NCBI GenBank assembly: GCA_964016885.1 | Contig: OZ024742.1 | Location: 66,154,001-66,218,000 of the forward strand | Source: Eledone cirrhosa | Taxonomy: Eukaryota | Direction: 5' to 3' | Length of the DNA: 64,000 bases | Part shown: in pieces, positions 27,067 to 40,690 of the stretch | Numbering within the stretch: position 1 is the first letter of the stretch | Layout of the letters: every line of letters starts with the position of its first letter | Notes under the pieces: model-generated | Told to the model about the DNA's origin: nothing | The model's input: only the letters and a program-made list of their open reading frames with translations | Database searches by the model: none | Position numbers and translations under genes: made by a program

Positions 27067-27121
27067 ACTGCCTGAAGAGGTCACAGCCAAAGATGGCTGT
27101 CACTGAAATATATATAGCAGT
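27067..27121 (+). ncRNA. Type I hammerhead ribozyme
   Basis: actgc CTGAAGA ggtcacagcc-aaagat-ggctgtcact GAAA tatata TA gcagt. Confidence 0.85.
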
Positions 27122-27421
27122 AATAAACGAAGCTAAATTTTAATCATTTGACTTTTATTTAACTTTATTTTATATATATATATATATATGCGTGTATGAG
27201 TGTGTGTATGCTTTAATTCTTTCAAATCTTCATCAACACTCATTAACACCCCACCCCACACCGCAGACACATCCAAATCTCTCTTATATATAGAGTCACA
27301 CATCACAACACAACCTGAACTCAGTTTGACAATCGCCACCGACAAATGCGAGAAAGTTCTCCAAAGAAGTTAACCAGGAATCTTTAAAATTCTCCCCACC
27401 GAAGTTAACAAAGAACTTACT

Positions 27422-27590
<169 letters not shown>

Positions 27591-27759
27591 TGTGTGTATA
27601 TAATATCTGTGTATATGTATGCGTGTATGTGTGTGTATGGCTGTGTTTGTATGTGGGTAATCGTGGTTTCTAAAGCGGGGTCCTCCCCACATATGCAACC
27701 AACGGACTAGCCCGATTGTGAAATTAATGTGCAAATGACTAAACAGCTTGAAGACACAC

Positions 27760-27950
27760 ACAATCCTAAAAATCTCTCAGGGAAATTCAACCCGGCACAA
27801 GATGCAATAAAGTCGGTCTTTTGTATAATATGTACGACACATGATTTTTTTTTGCCAGCTGATTTGACTTGAGCAACATGAAATAAACGCCGGATTAACT
27901 CACTTACGAACTTTAAATCATGTACTGAACACTATAACCCGAATCCATGA
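27760..27950 (-). mobile_element. Decayed second SINE family (related to 32075-32190)
   Basis: gagcaacatgaaataa is similar to the RC of the taatttcacgttattc segment of the 32 kb copy. Confidence 0.4.
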
Positions 27951-28592
27951 CCATTGGTGTGTAAATATATTTACATATCAAAAGATACAATGCATCGTGA
28001 ATTTGATTACTTTCATAACAAAAATTTGCCGTACACTATAAGCAATGAGCTACGAGCATTCAAGCAAACGCATGCATATATATATATACACACGCCTGAT
28101 TAGAGTTAAATAGATAAATATATAAGTAACTATATATAAATTAATAATGGTATTTAAGTAAATGAATAAATATATAAATAATGAATAAATAAACAAATAA
28201 ATATATTAAGAGAAAATGAAGACATAAATAATGAAGTGAATTATGTGAGGGATTTCTAACTATGAATAGGTAACATCCCTTCGTCGGCAGGCATATAAAA
28301 AAAACACTAAGAAAACAATGTTTTCATTCTCAGCACCTGTCTGACGACAACGCATTTAGTTACTATTCGATGAAGATATTTCACTGACTTTGACATGTAT
28401 ATAACAGAGATGATACACGGACAATAAACTGAAATTAAATAATTAAAACCGTTTATTTTCTTCTTAATATGGATAGGCAGTCTGATACCTTATACGAAAT
28501 ACATTGTTACATATGACGTGGGATGCGTGTCATTGATTAAAATATAAACTGTTGATTACTTGGGTCAACCAACTCTAATTACGGAAACATGA

Positions 28593-28665
<73 letters not shown>

Positions 28666-28768
28666 TAGATAGAGAGATATATAAATATATGGACTACAAC
28701 AGGTATGATTATAATAAGACCCTGCAACATACTGAGGTATGCATGTGGAATCATTAAGTATATATAAC

Positions 28769-29090
28769 TGTTTCTACTTTTGGCACAAGGCCAGCAATTA
28801 TCCCTGTGCATTACTGGTACTTTATTTCATCGACCCCGTAAGGATGAAAGGCAAAGCTAACCTCAGCGAGATATGAACTCAGACCATAAAGGACCGTAAT
28901 TCTATGGTGCAAAGCATGGCGTGCGACCCTCTACCGATACTGCCAATCCTATATAATTGTTTCTACTTTAGGCACAAGGCCAGCAATTTCCCAGTGCATT
29001 ACTTGTACTTTATTTTATCGACCCCGTAAGGATGAAAGGCAAAGTTAACCTCGGCGGGATTTGAACTCAGATCGTAAAGGGACGTAACTA
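28769..29090 (-). mobile_element. Two tandem Meta-type SINEs
   Basis: Copies at ~28769-28950 and ~28955-29090. Confidence 0.88.
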
Positions 29091-29206
29091 TAATGTACCT
29101 TGGTTGCAGTTAATTACATAATGGTGTAATTACTGACTAGCAGTGAAAGTTGCCTCAATCTTCTAACAGCATACTGACAGATCAAAATCTCATTTTACTA
29201 AAATAA

Positions 29207-29354
<148 letters not shown>

Positions 29355-30000
29355 CATATATAAATAATAAGATAAAATAAAATAAAATAAAATAAACGAA
29401 TCACTGATCATAAAATCTGTCTTAGCAAATTAACATACAGATCGAACTATAGATATTGATTGGCTGATTCTTGTCGTTGTTAATGTTCTTTGTGAAAAAC
29501 AGTTTCATTTTTAATGTATTTTTTCGTGGGGATTGGGGGGGGGGGGGTAGTTGTTATTTTTCAGCTGTGTTCTTATTTAGTCTTTTTCATTTTTTCTATT
29601 TTTTTATTTTTATTTCTATTTTCTGTTAATTGTAAAGTTTATACTTTTGTCATTCTAGTAACTTTTTACGTGATTCAAAAAAAGAAAAATATTTAATGGT
29701 TTCTAGAAATGTTGTTATTCATATGGCCGATATTTTATAATTGTTATTATTGTTATGGAGGTTCTATGTTCTACGATTGTCTTGGTAAATTCTTCTATTC
29801 TTTTTCCTATTCTTTTCTTTCTCTTTCCTTTTCTCCTCCTTCTTCATTAGACTATTATTATTTGTTATTGTTGCTGTTGCTGGTTTGTTTGCGCTAGTAT
29901 TGATGGTAGTGTTGTTATGTTGATTTCGTAATTAAAGATTATGTCTATGTTCGTTTGTCAATTTTTTTCTGCCATTGTATAGATATCTAAAGGACTAATA

Positions 30001-30712
30001 ATGGTTTCTAATTTATACAAAAGGCCAATCATTTTGGGAGAGGGGAAGTCAATTAAATCGACCCCAGTGCGTTACTGGTACATTATTTTATCGACCTTGT
30101 AGGAATGAAAAGCGAAGCTCCCCTTGGTGGGTATTGAACTCAAAATATAAAGGGACGTAACTATATGATGCAAAACAGTGTCCGATACTCCACCAATACG
30201 GCCAATCCACCGCCCTCAAAGGCAACTCGAATAGCGACAATAATTTCTACTTTAGGGACAAGGCAAGTTATTAGGGAGCGTGAGACAAAGCTGATTATAT
30301 TGATTTTAGTTCTTTTCTGGTAATTTATATCATATTATCGACCTCAGAAGGGTAAAAGGCAATGTTGAACTAGAATTGAAAGAAATGTAATTAAATACCC
30401 CCAAAACATATTGTCCGGGGATTTAGCGATCCTGCCGACACACGGCTCCCAATAGTAATAATTGTTTCTGAATTAGACACAAGGCCAACAAGTTTTGAGA
30501 AAGAGGAATGTCAATTAAACCGACCCCAGTGCCTTACTGGTACTTTATTTTATCGACCTCGTATGGATAAATGGCAAAGCTAAACTCGGTGGGATTTGAA
30601 CTCAGAACGTAATTATAAAAATAATGGCTTCTATATTTGATACAAGGCCAGCAATTTGAAGGAGAGAGTCGATTAAATTGACCCCAGTGCGTACTTGGTA
30701 CATTATTTATCG
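30001..30712 (-). mobile_element. Cluster of four variably decayed Meta-type SINEs
   Basis: Repeated tttcta..acaagg..tatcga motifs near 30001, 30243, 30460 and 30625. Confidence 0.8.
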
Positions 30713-31076
30713 AAAAACGTTGCAACCGAAGAGAGACAGGAAGACGATACTTTGGTTCCTTGGTAAAGAACGGAAAAAGGCGAGGATAATACGTCATTAT
30801 TTGGAGCGGTGGGAAAAATTACATGCAAAGACAAAACCACGTTTATGGTATAAATGAAGTCCTAGACTAATATTCTATTTAGGCGTTTGGTGGAGACGTT
30901 CCCTGGCAATGAACGGAAAAAACGAAAATAATACGTCATTATGTGGAACAATGAGAACAATTACACGCAAAGACAAACCACGTTTATGGTATAAATGAAG
31001 TCGTAGACTAAAATTCTATTTAGGAAACCGAATGATTCTCGGCTTCAGATTTAAGAATGGTTGCAACGTTTTCCGA
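30711..31076. mobile_element. MITE-like element with ~17-bp TIRs and an internal ~140-bp tandem duplication
   Basis: cgaaaaacgttgcaacc ... ggttgcaacgttttccg; internal repeats ~30768-30883 and ~30911-31024. Confidence 0.6.
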
Positions 31077-31077
31077 A

Positions 31078-31362
31078 ATAATTACTTCTGCGTTCACAGA
31101 TTGATTGTTTTAGTTTCAGAAGACCCCGTTAAGGGTGAAAGCAGCGATTATTTGCTTAACCTTTAATCTGTTATTTTAATAAATATTTGCTCTACGGTTC
31201 TTATATATTTGATAGGATAAATATATATCAAATATATAAGAACCATAGAGCAAATATTTGTTAATATAACAGATTAAAGTTTAAGAAAATAATCGCTGCT
31301 TTCACTCTTAACAGGATCTTCTGAAACTAAAAAAATCAATCTGTAAACGCAAAAGTAATTAT
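31078..31362. repeat. Fold-back unit with ~125-bp arms next to (TA)n; third arm copy at 46114-46190
   Basis: aattacttctgcgttcacagattgatt..ggttcttatatatttgata versus its reverse complement at 31225-31362. Confidence 0.85.
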
Positions 31363-31377
31363 TAGTATATATATATA

Positions 31378-31419
<42 letters not shown>

Positions 31420-31467
31420 TATACATACATTAATAAATTCTTACATGCATACATATATATATCTATA

Positions 31468-31511
<44 letters not shown>

Positions 31512-31634
31512 TATAGATACATAAATGTATGTATGAATTTATTAAACAAAAATATATATATGCATATATATATATATAAATATATATATATATATTTATA
31601 TATATTGACATATATAGAGAGAGAGTGGCATTGC

Positions 31635-31684
<50 letters not shown>

Positions 31685-32074
31685 GAGAGAGAGGAAGAGA
31701 GATACAGAGAGGGAGAGAGAGAGGACGTTAAAAACCTGACCCCGACGCCTATCGGTTTTCACTTGTATTCGTCAAGCCTTTTCAAGTGTGTGCTTGCCGA
31801 AATCACTAGACGTCGCCGTCGGGGGCCTTACTTCTACATCCCACCTGCTTCTTCCCATGCATAGAACACTCTCCTGTTCTATGGTCGCTCAAATTTCCGC
31901 ATTACAGTCATCACATACTCACCCCCCATATGGATTTTCTAGGAGGATACCGTAGGCGGTGATCACCTACCACACGAAGTACCTGTGACACTGCCGAATT
32001 TTGCTGCAACCATCCTTCCAATTACACATTGAGTTCATACAACTTTATAAACCCCACTACATCCTGGTGGACTT

Positions 32075-32190
32075 TGAGTGGTAAAAGAAATGGATTCGCA
32101 ATCGCGAGGTTGTGAGTTCGATTCCCGAATCGGGCAATGCGTAATGTCCTTGGCCAAGACACTTAATTTCACGTTATTCTTTCTAACTGG
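32075..32190 (+). mobile_element. tRNA-derived SINE head, second family
   Basis: gagtggtaa A-box-like, GAGTTCGATTCCC B box, then tgtccttggccaagacacttaatttcacg. Confidence 0.7.
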
Positions 32191-32486
32191 AGTTGTTTGT
32201 GATCGGTAGATAGTATTAGCAATTGTTTCCTTGGTCCGAAAGTATAATATATCTGCTTATATCTCAGTTTTGTATCATAAACAGACACACGATATATTAA
32301 TATTCTACACAGTTCTGTATAATCTATACCAGATATCATTACTGTAGATAGTGAAATTCTTTCTACAGAGTTACCACATATCAGTAATATACACATTGCA
32401 GCTTCATCAAAAAGACGAAAAGGTCAGTAGTTTTCAGTGTAGTACCATCTGCATCAACTGTCAGTGCAGTACATTGTGTAGTACTA

Positions 32487-32676
32487 CAGACCTGCCAATC
32501 TTTAAAAACCCAAATGGGGAGTACCTTGAAAAAAGTGTCCCAAAACGGGGAGAAATTAAGGAAAAATGGGGAGATTTTACGTAATGAAAACTATACCCAT
32601 TTTCACACGAGAAGATATATCTCTTCCAGCCCGGGAGGGAGGGCACCCCGTCCGTCGGGGAGAGTTGACAGGTCTA
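32487..32676. mobile_element. 190-bp MITE
   Basis: TIRs cagacctgccaa / ttgacaggtcta; candidate TSD gtacta / gcacta. Confidence 0.6.
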
Positions 32677-32973
32677 GCACTATCAACAGACACACCAGAT
32701 ATCATTACTGGACACAATCATATACAATCTTCAGAATGATTAGACACAATATTAAACTGTAACTTTACGGAACCCGGAAAGATGAAAGGTAAACAAAACC
32801 ACGGCAGGATTTGAACCCAGAACATAAAGCGACATAATTGAATATCAGTAGGATATTATTCTGCTTTTTTTCTCCACTTCAGTTAAACAGTGCATATGTT
32901 CAAATTATTTACAAATAATAACATTTCTAAAATACAATTAAAATTAATAAATAACAATTGTTTAATCACTTAC

Positions 32974-33410
32974 CTCTCGTTGCCTATCACTTCCGCCGTT
33001 GCTCAGTACATTATCCGTAGCATCATACATACGAGGAATATGTCTTTTAGGTTTCAAGGGAGCTTTCTCAGCCATTTGAATAATCAACACCTGTGACTTC
33101 CGTATATCCAAGTGATCCATATTTATACTCTGTTTACCCTCATCCCAATCGATAACAGATCGATAGTTGTTCACATCGAATGTGTCCAAGTAACTATTTT
33201 GGCCATTTGCTGTTTTCCAATCAATAACAGGTGAATAGGCTCGAATGTCGATTGAATCCCATGTACGGCCATATGTTCCACACTCCATGTCTGTACGACC
33301 TGTATCCATGTCGCTCGTTACTAGATCAAATTCCAACCGACTCGAAATAATTCTCTTTATTTCTGTTTTAACTAATGTTGTTATTATTAGTACTGGTATT
33401 CTGGTTGTTA
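32974..33410 (-). other. Possible host exon or pseudo-exon of unknown product
   Basis: Non-repeat open frame with internal xVIDW repeats ending exactly at a consensus donor GAG|GTAAGT; upstream frame is disrupted. Confidence 0.35.
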
Positions 33411-34425
33411 TTGTTTACTTTCCTACAATTGCTGCGTGGAATATGCTCAGCTGCTATTTCATTACGAATGCAAGTAATCAGTTGTCGTTCGACTACTGTT
33501 TTCAAAGAACAGTCAATAGATCGAATCTAATCATTGTCAATCATATATATTCTTTGCAGAGAAGCATAATGTTTTTCAGTTCAGTGCTCATTTCAGTCTA
33601 TATGTACTTGTTGTATGTGTAATCCATTTGAGGTACGTAATGTAAGAATAGTCCATCCGGCACATATAAACACGTATAGTGATAAAGATTATTGCTGTCA
33701 CGAGCTGATGTAAGTAATACTTATAGGCAGGTACCACCTATTAATTGGACACATGCTCAGGTATTCTCCAGTCCAATTAATGGTTATTAGATTATATGAG
33801 TATCTATAATCCAGTAAATTGTTACAACCTGTTAATATTGATCTAACATTAGTATGTAGGTAGCATTGTCTTCTATAGTCCATCGTTTGAATTAGGCACA
33901 AAAGGGAGTTATATAGAGTTCTTGGATTAGTAAATATGTACCATGTAGGGATACAGTTACTTTAGTCTGAAATTTGAATATATATGGGAATTCAGAATAA
34001 ACTTAAGGAATGGTATATATTCTATAGAGTTGTAAATAGATGCCATAGGATGATGTGGGCTACCTCAGAGTAAACATACGAGAAAGAGGACATAGGGGTT
34101 ATGAAGCTGATCCTTGAAGAAGTGCAGTCAGTATGATTAAACTTTGGAAAATACATCGCCCATCTAAATGTCAATAATCTAAATGACAATCGGGGAGGAA
34201 AAATACAAATAATTACCAAAAAATCGATAATTAGTGGTGTATAGGGCTCATCACAATAAGCAGCTGGAACAATTTATGTATAATGGATGCCCTGTCCCCT
34301 AGCTGTGTTTTGCAGAGACCTCTATGGGTGTGCCGTATTGAGCAAGGATCAATTCAAGATGAAGGAAAATCATAATGGAAATACAATGCTAATTAAAAAA
34401 CAAATAAAAAACAAAAACAAAAACA

Positions 34426-34466
<41 letters not shown>

Positions 34467-34665
34467 ATGATAACGAACAAATAATATTTTGTCTAATTCT
34501 GTAGAAACGTGCTTATCAACAGTTAAAACGGCATCAAACAGAAATTTCACAGTGCTTCTTATTTGCATCAGGCGTTTGAAACATAATCCATCAGTCATTT
34601 GATTAGAGCCAAGCTGAACCACCACCTCAATGATGTCTAGTCGTTCATATTTAACTAAGTCGTTA

Positions 34666-34729
<64 letters not shown>

Positions 34730-35452
34730 TGTGAGTGTATATGTGTATATTCCTGGGTTCAAAGAATCAATTAGATTACGATCCTTTAATTATAGCAAGC
34801 ATATCATTTGTTTTTGTTTCATGAAAAACACATTATCTTAAATCCTGTATGTGGATTCAAGATTTAAAGAAACATCAGTTATCAACATGGTAAAATGGCT
34901 GACATCTACTTCTGAAATCATATATCAATTTTCTCGTTCAAGCGTTTGAAACCATCGGAATTATATCAAATGTAGCAACTAGTACTTGGAAGTTGAAGTC
35001 TTTAGGTGTGCACCAAAGTGTGGTTCTCTGAGTCATTCAATCAACAGCAGGGAGTAATCCATTTTATACTCCAAAAATATTGTGATGCAATCTAACTTTT
35101 TAAATTCTCAAGGTCCATATATGTATGATGTAAAAAGAAATTCCGTCCAGTGAATTGGTAAAAATAAGTTATTCCGCACGCATTTTATGCAATTACAGAG
35201 TGCAAGTTTGGATACATACGTATGAAGATATAGATGTGTGTGTATATGTATAAAGGGGTAATTATGATTTTACATACATATATCTGAATTGTAGTGTGTG
35301 TTAGTATATGGTTTCTTTTTTCTGTAGATATTGTTTTGATCGTGCATATATGATTGTGATTCCATATATTAATATAGTTGTGTGTTTGGGTATGTATAAG
35401 CGTGATAGGGTGATTGAGTATGAATGATATAGATAGTTAGAAATATATACTG

Positions 35453-35551
<99 letters not shown>

Positions 35552-35912
35552 ACGGGTGACACAGAGATGAATATCTAGATAGAGAAATAGATATGTGGGT
35601 TGCTGAATATATAGATATAGATATATAGGGAAGTATTTAAGTAGATAGATAGATGGTATATAACGTATCAAACAGAAAAATACATATATGGATAGATAAA
35701 GGGTGGAATTCAGGGAGGGTATGAGGGAGAAAGTATGATAAATCTATAGTAACAAATAACAGAGAAAATAAATAAATAGAAAAAGAAGATGTACCGGATA
35801 TTAGAAAAGGAGTGAGAGAAAACTGTTTGAAAGAAGATTCACATATAAACGATGGATAGAAAAAAAATGTGAAGCCGGTATGAGGTGGAATTGCGAAAAC
35901 ATATATTTATGA

Positions 35913-35951
<39 letters not shown>

Positions 35952-36749
35952 GGATTATAATATAGAAAATAAAAATGAGAGACAGATAATAGTTATATGA
36001 AGGTATACATAAAGAGATACATGAAACATAAAGAAGAAATAGAAAGGTAGCTAGAAATTGTATGACGATAGAAATAATTGTTAAAATAAGAGAAAGAAAT
36101 ATACATATATAGATAGGTGGTGGTAGTGAAAAAAAGAAGAGAAAGAAAGGGAATGAAAGAGAAGAAAAGGAAGGAGAGGTGTAAAATGATGGTGGTGTAA
36201 AATCCAAGAGCGTTCCGCTGAAATTATTGGCCGGTTATGAAAAAACATGTGTTATCCAGTCCTCCCGTGATAAACATGTCTTGCTATTTAGAATACCATC
36301 CAAACAACTAAGCTTACATACTTCTAGAACGGCACCTAGTAGTAATAATAGTAGTGGTGATGTTGATGGTGGTGGTGGGTAGATACTGAGAAGTGTGTTG
36401 GTTTGGGTAAATAATGAGATACAAATGTTGAGGGAACAACAGGTAGATATGCGTTTAAGTGGTTGGGAAAAAAGTTCTGTTATTTCATTGTTTGATAATG
36501 TTTTGAAAAAAAAATATATAGAAAATTGGAGGGGGAACCGAAACGCAATAGGGAAGAGGTTATATCAAAAAAACACACATACATTTCTGTATACATATAA
36601 TTGACAGAGAATCTCATGCACATATAAGCACGCACACAAACACATGTAGACGTCTGATAGTGTTTACATAGACTTGTTAAAAAATAGAGGGTTAGTGTTA
36701 AATAATTTGTCTGCCTGTCTGTTTGTCGGTATCTCTTTCTATCATTCTC

Positions 36750-36846
<97 letters not shown>

Positions 36847-37052
36847 TATATATGTGTGTGTGTATAGATATATATACTTTTCTGTATGTACGTTGATATG
36901 TAATGTATGTACACACAACACTTACACGGAATGAATAGAGCTTTTTGGTGAGTGAATTCAAATTGGGTGAAGTACGACAAAAATGTAAAAGACAAAATAT
37001 AATAGCAACAAAACCTGAAGAAAGAAAAACACATATACATACACATGTGTAC

Positions 37053-37095
<43 letters not shown>

Positions 37096-38349
37096 TACAC
37101 ACAGAGAGGGAGAGAGAGAGGGGGGGTACGGGAGAAAGATATCAAGAGTGATGAATGAGATGTGTCAGAGAAGTTGTATGTTTGTAGTTAGTAGTAAACT
37201 GACAGATAATGAGTTCAATACCCATTGATTCTATAGCTTTTAATTGTCATGTAATGATAGGTGAAACAGTACATGATGGTGATGGGGATATTTGTGATGA
37301 TCGTGGAGAGGGGAGCCATAGCTGGCTGGTGTTACTTTTGGTGGTGGCTGCGCTGGCAGTGTTTGTAGCTGTCGGCATGTTTACCATATAGAGAGTAAAG
37401 GTAGAGATAGAGTTATATGGCGGAATAGACAATGTTTGAAAGAAAACTGTAACTGCACAGAACAAAAGACGTAGTTCAATAAAATACATTTCCACACATT
37501 GAAGCGAATAGACACGGTGTGATGCTGCTGTAGGCGATTGCAGTGTTGATGTTGTTGGTGGTTGTGCCGTTGGTGCTAGTATTGTTGGTGATGGTGGTGG
37601 ATTTGTTTTTTTTTTTGTTTTTTGCCGTTGAACTGATTGTCATGGTTGTTTACGATGTTTTTGCGGTTGTGTTGATTCTGATGTTACTTGTGGTGTTGTT
37701 GCTGCTGGTAATACTGATGATAAGGCTTGTGGTGACGTCGGTGGTAATAGTGTTGGTATTGGAGTTTGAGATGTTATTAGTGGTGACAGTGATCGTGAAT
37801 TTGCTGCTGTAGTCGTTATTGGTGGTACTTACGTTGGTGATAATTGTTAGGGTATTTGCAATGTTGGGGTTGTTGTTACTGGTGGAAATGGTGGTGGTGG
37901 TATAAGATGTGATGGTGCATGTTGTTTTACCCATTGAGTTGATTAGCATGGTTTTACGTAGCGTTTGCTGTTCTGCTGATTCCAATGTCAGATGTGGCGT
38001 CGTTGTTAGTTGTGGTGGCTTGTAAAGGTAATTGTTTATATTTAGCCCAGATTGTACAAATCTATTGTCTGCCAAATGGATTCCTCTCTGGATAATATCG
38101 TCTGTTTACTGTGTGCAATATAGCCAAGATCACATTATACATTTTTTTAAAGTCAGTACAATATTATTTAAGATAGTTGGCTGCTATTTATGGCAGTCAT
38201 ATGGCCAAACAGGGACTCCATCACGAGCTTGCTGTAAAGGTGTTGAGCTCTGTGACTATTGAAACGCATGCATCAATAGCAATGGGAAACGTTGTCTGGA
38301 TATGGTGGTAAAATTATAGGTGTTGATGGTCGTGGTGATGATTATTGTA

Positions 38350-38812
38350 ATAATTGTTTCTACTTTTGGCACAAGGCCAGCAATTACTGGTACTTTATTT
38401 TATCGACCCCGGTAAGGATGAAAGGCAAACTTAACCTCGGCGGTATTTTAACTCAGACTGTAAAGGGACGTAACTATGCTTATTGATTATTGTAATAATT
38501 GTTTCTACTCTTGGCACAAGGCCAGCAATTACCCAGTGCATTACTGGTACTTTATTTTATCGACCCCGGTAAGGATGAAAGGCAAACTTAACCTCGGCGG
38601 TATTTTAACTCAGACTGTAAAGGGACGTAACTATGCTTATTGATTATTGTAATAATTGTTTCTACTTTTGGCACAAGGCCAGCAATTACCCAGTGCATTA
38701 CTGGTACTTTATTTTATCGACCTCGTAAGGATGAAAGGCAAATTTAACCTCTGCGGGATTTGAACTCAGAATGGCAAGGACCGTAACTCTATGCGTCCGA
38801 CTGCCAATCCAC
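38350..38812 (-). mobile_element. Three tandem Meta-type SINEs (local tandem duplication)
   Basis: Each unit includes the same flank tgattattgtaataattg; the first two share private variants. Confidence 0.88.
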
Positions 38813-39536
38813 CGTGAGTATTGTAATAATGAAAGACAAAATATACTTTTGGTTTTGGGGGCAAAGATAAGTTTTATTCATGAAAGAGGATACTGGTGGC
38901 AGTTGCGGTGATGTTGTTTTGACGATGATGTAACCATGATGCCAATGTGGGTGCCAATGGTGGGGAATCGTGATGGCAATGATGATGGTATTTATAATTA
39001 TGATGATGATGATAACGAAGAGGACAGTGAGGAGGATTACATTGAGGGAAAAGGAGAGATAATATAGACGATGAATAAATGTGGACAAAGTGTGAGTATA
39101 TATATGGTGAATTCGTTATACAAAATTCAGCATACGGGTGGGGAACATGGCAAATTTCCTTTTGCAAACAGTGCAGAGCATAAATGCGTGACAGACAAAA
39201 ATGCAGACAAGTAATGGAAGAAAAAATATATAGTAAGGAGAGGAAATAAGAAAATGTAAATTTAGAAAAAGTAAAGTAGATATAAAACCTGATGAAATTA
39301 TTAACTGCATCAACAAAAAGTTTAGAATGATAAAAATGTAATGTGGAAAACGGTCTTTAGAAAATTGCTGAAAGAGAAATTGAGGGAGTGAAAATTCTCA
39401 TCTTAAAATTCTAAATAGTGAATTAAGAGTATTTTAGACATATTTAGGATTGGTATGAAAAGATTGATTTGCGTCATATATTAACCACTTTGTCGAATGC
39501 ATAACAAATATCTATTTTTTTATATGTTTGACTGTG

Positions 39537-39618
<82 letters not shown>

Positions 39619-40189
39619 GGTTTATCGGTCTATCGATCGATCTATCTAAGAATGCAATACAAGAACAGTAAAGATATATCTTCTGATAAAAATAATTTCA
39701 TGATAACCCACACATCTCTACAGTACGTTTATTAAAATACTTTGGTCGTTCGCGCAAGCAATCAGATCCCTTCACAGTTTGCCAGTAAATACTTAACAGT
39801 TTAATCAAGCATTTTAATATTACAAAGGCATTTCAATCTTGACAAAACTTAATTTGCTGAACAATGTGAAACCATTTCTGCTCTCGGGAGATTGTTGGGT
39901 AAAAAGAATACATCTGTTTGAAAAAAATGAGAAGAGCAGCAACGATGCAACTGGAGTGGACGGCAGGAGGACGGATTATATTCGGTACGTCTACTAATCC
40001 GTATGCTGCAAAATTTAACTTTTGCAGTTAAACGTTGACTTTATACGGAAATCAAAATTCTCAGCATCAATTATAAAGAATTATAAGTTTCAATGTGATA
40101 ATCCAAATGAAACAGCTGCTTACTAAAAGTTTGAAAGTTCTGTTTCGATTTTCTAACACGTCTCTTTTGGGAAGGGATTACCAGCAAAG

Positions 40190-40690
40190 ACTGAAATGAA
40201 TGTCGCCGTATTACAGCTGGCTTTCCATCTCAACTGGAGCCAGCAAGCTTAGACAGCGGATATGGCAAACGCCCCGACGGAATGACCATCTTCCCATTCG
40301 AAGGAGGTAGATCCCTCATCTAGGACGCCACCAACTTCGACACGTTCTCCGCCTTTAACTTAGTCGCTTCGGCCACAAACCCGGCATCGCGGCCCACCTC
40401 GCAGAAGAACGTAGAATAAACAAATGCCGAGGTTTGTCCGGCCGCTTCTTCTTCGCACCGGTCACCGTCGAGACCTAAGGGGTACTTGGACCCCATACTC
40501 CCGAGCTTCTCCGCAAGATCGGAGCGTCGGCGGGTCTCACTAGCCATTGCCCGCGGGAATGCTTTTGCGGTCCTGTCCGCGGGCGCAGCCCTTCTGCCCA
40601 CATACCGTAGGCCCAAAGCCTAATCACCCTCTCCTTCACCTCTCCAATCTCTTCTGCGAGACCAGAGTTCTTTCCACCCCTCCCCTTCCA
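40190..40690 (+). mobile_element. 3' end (RLE domain) of a CRE-clade non-LTR retrotransposon
   Basis: Plus strand: GFPSQLEPASLDSGYGKRPDGMTIFPFEGGRSLI*DAT..DT..AEE..F.PVTVET*G.LG..VSLAIARGNA; GC-rich island. Confidence 0.85.

Larger units (their letters stand above)
26730..27172. mobile_element. Fold-back PLE pLTR-type unit, family A copy 2
   Basis: Near-perfect ~150-bp arms 26815-26964 and 27023-27172 with a 58-bp spacer. Confidence 0.85.

Noticed and set aside
28250-28350. CCGACGA/CTGACGA cores with a stem
   Set aside because: No properly placed GAAA or stem III
33600-33900. Reflectin resemblance from repeated MDY
   Set aside because: No M/FD(X)5MD(X)5MD reflectin motif and composition is not Met/Tyr/Arg-rich
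38350-38812. Regularly spaced repeats suggesting a CRISPR-like array or tRNA genes
   Set aside because: Tandem SINE copies without unique spacers; heads do not form full cloverleafs
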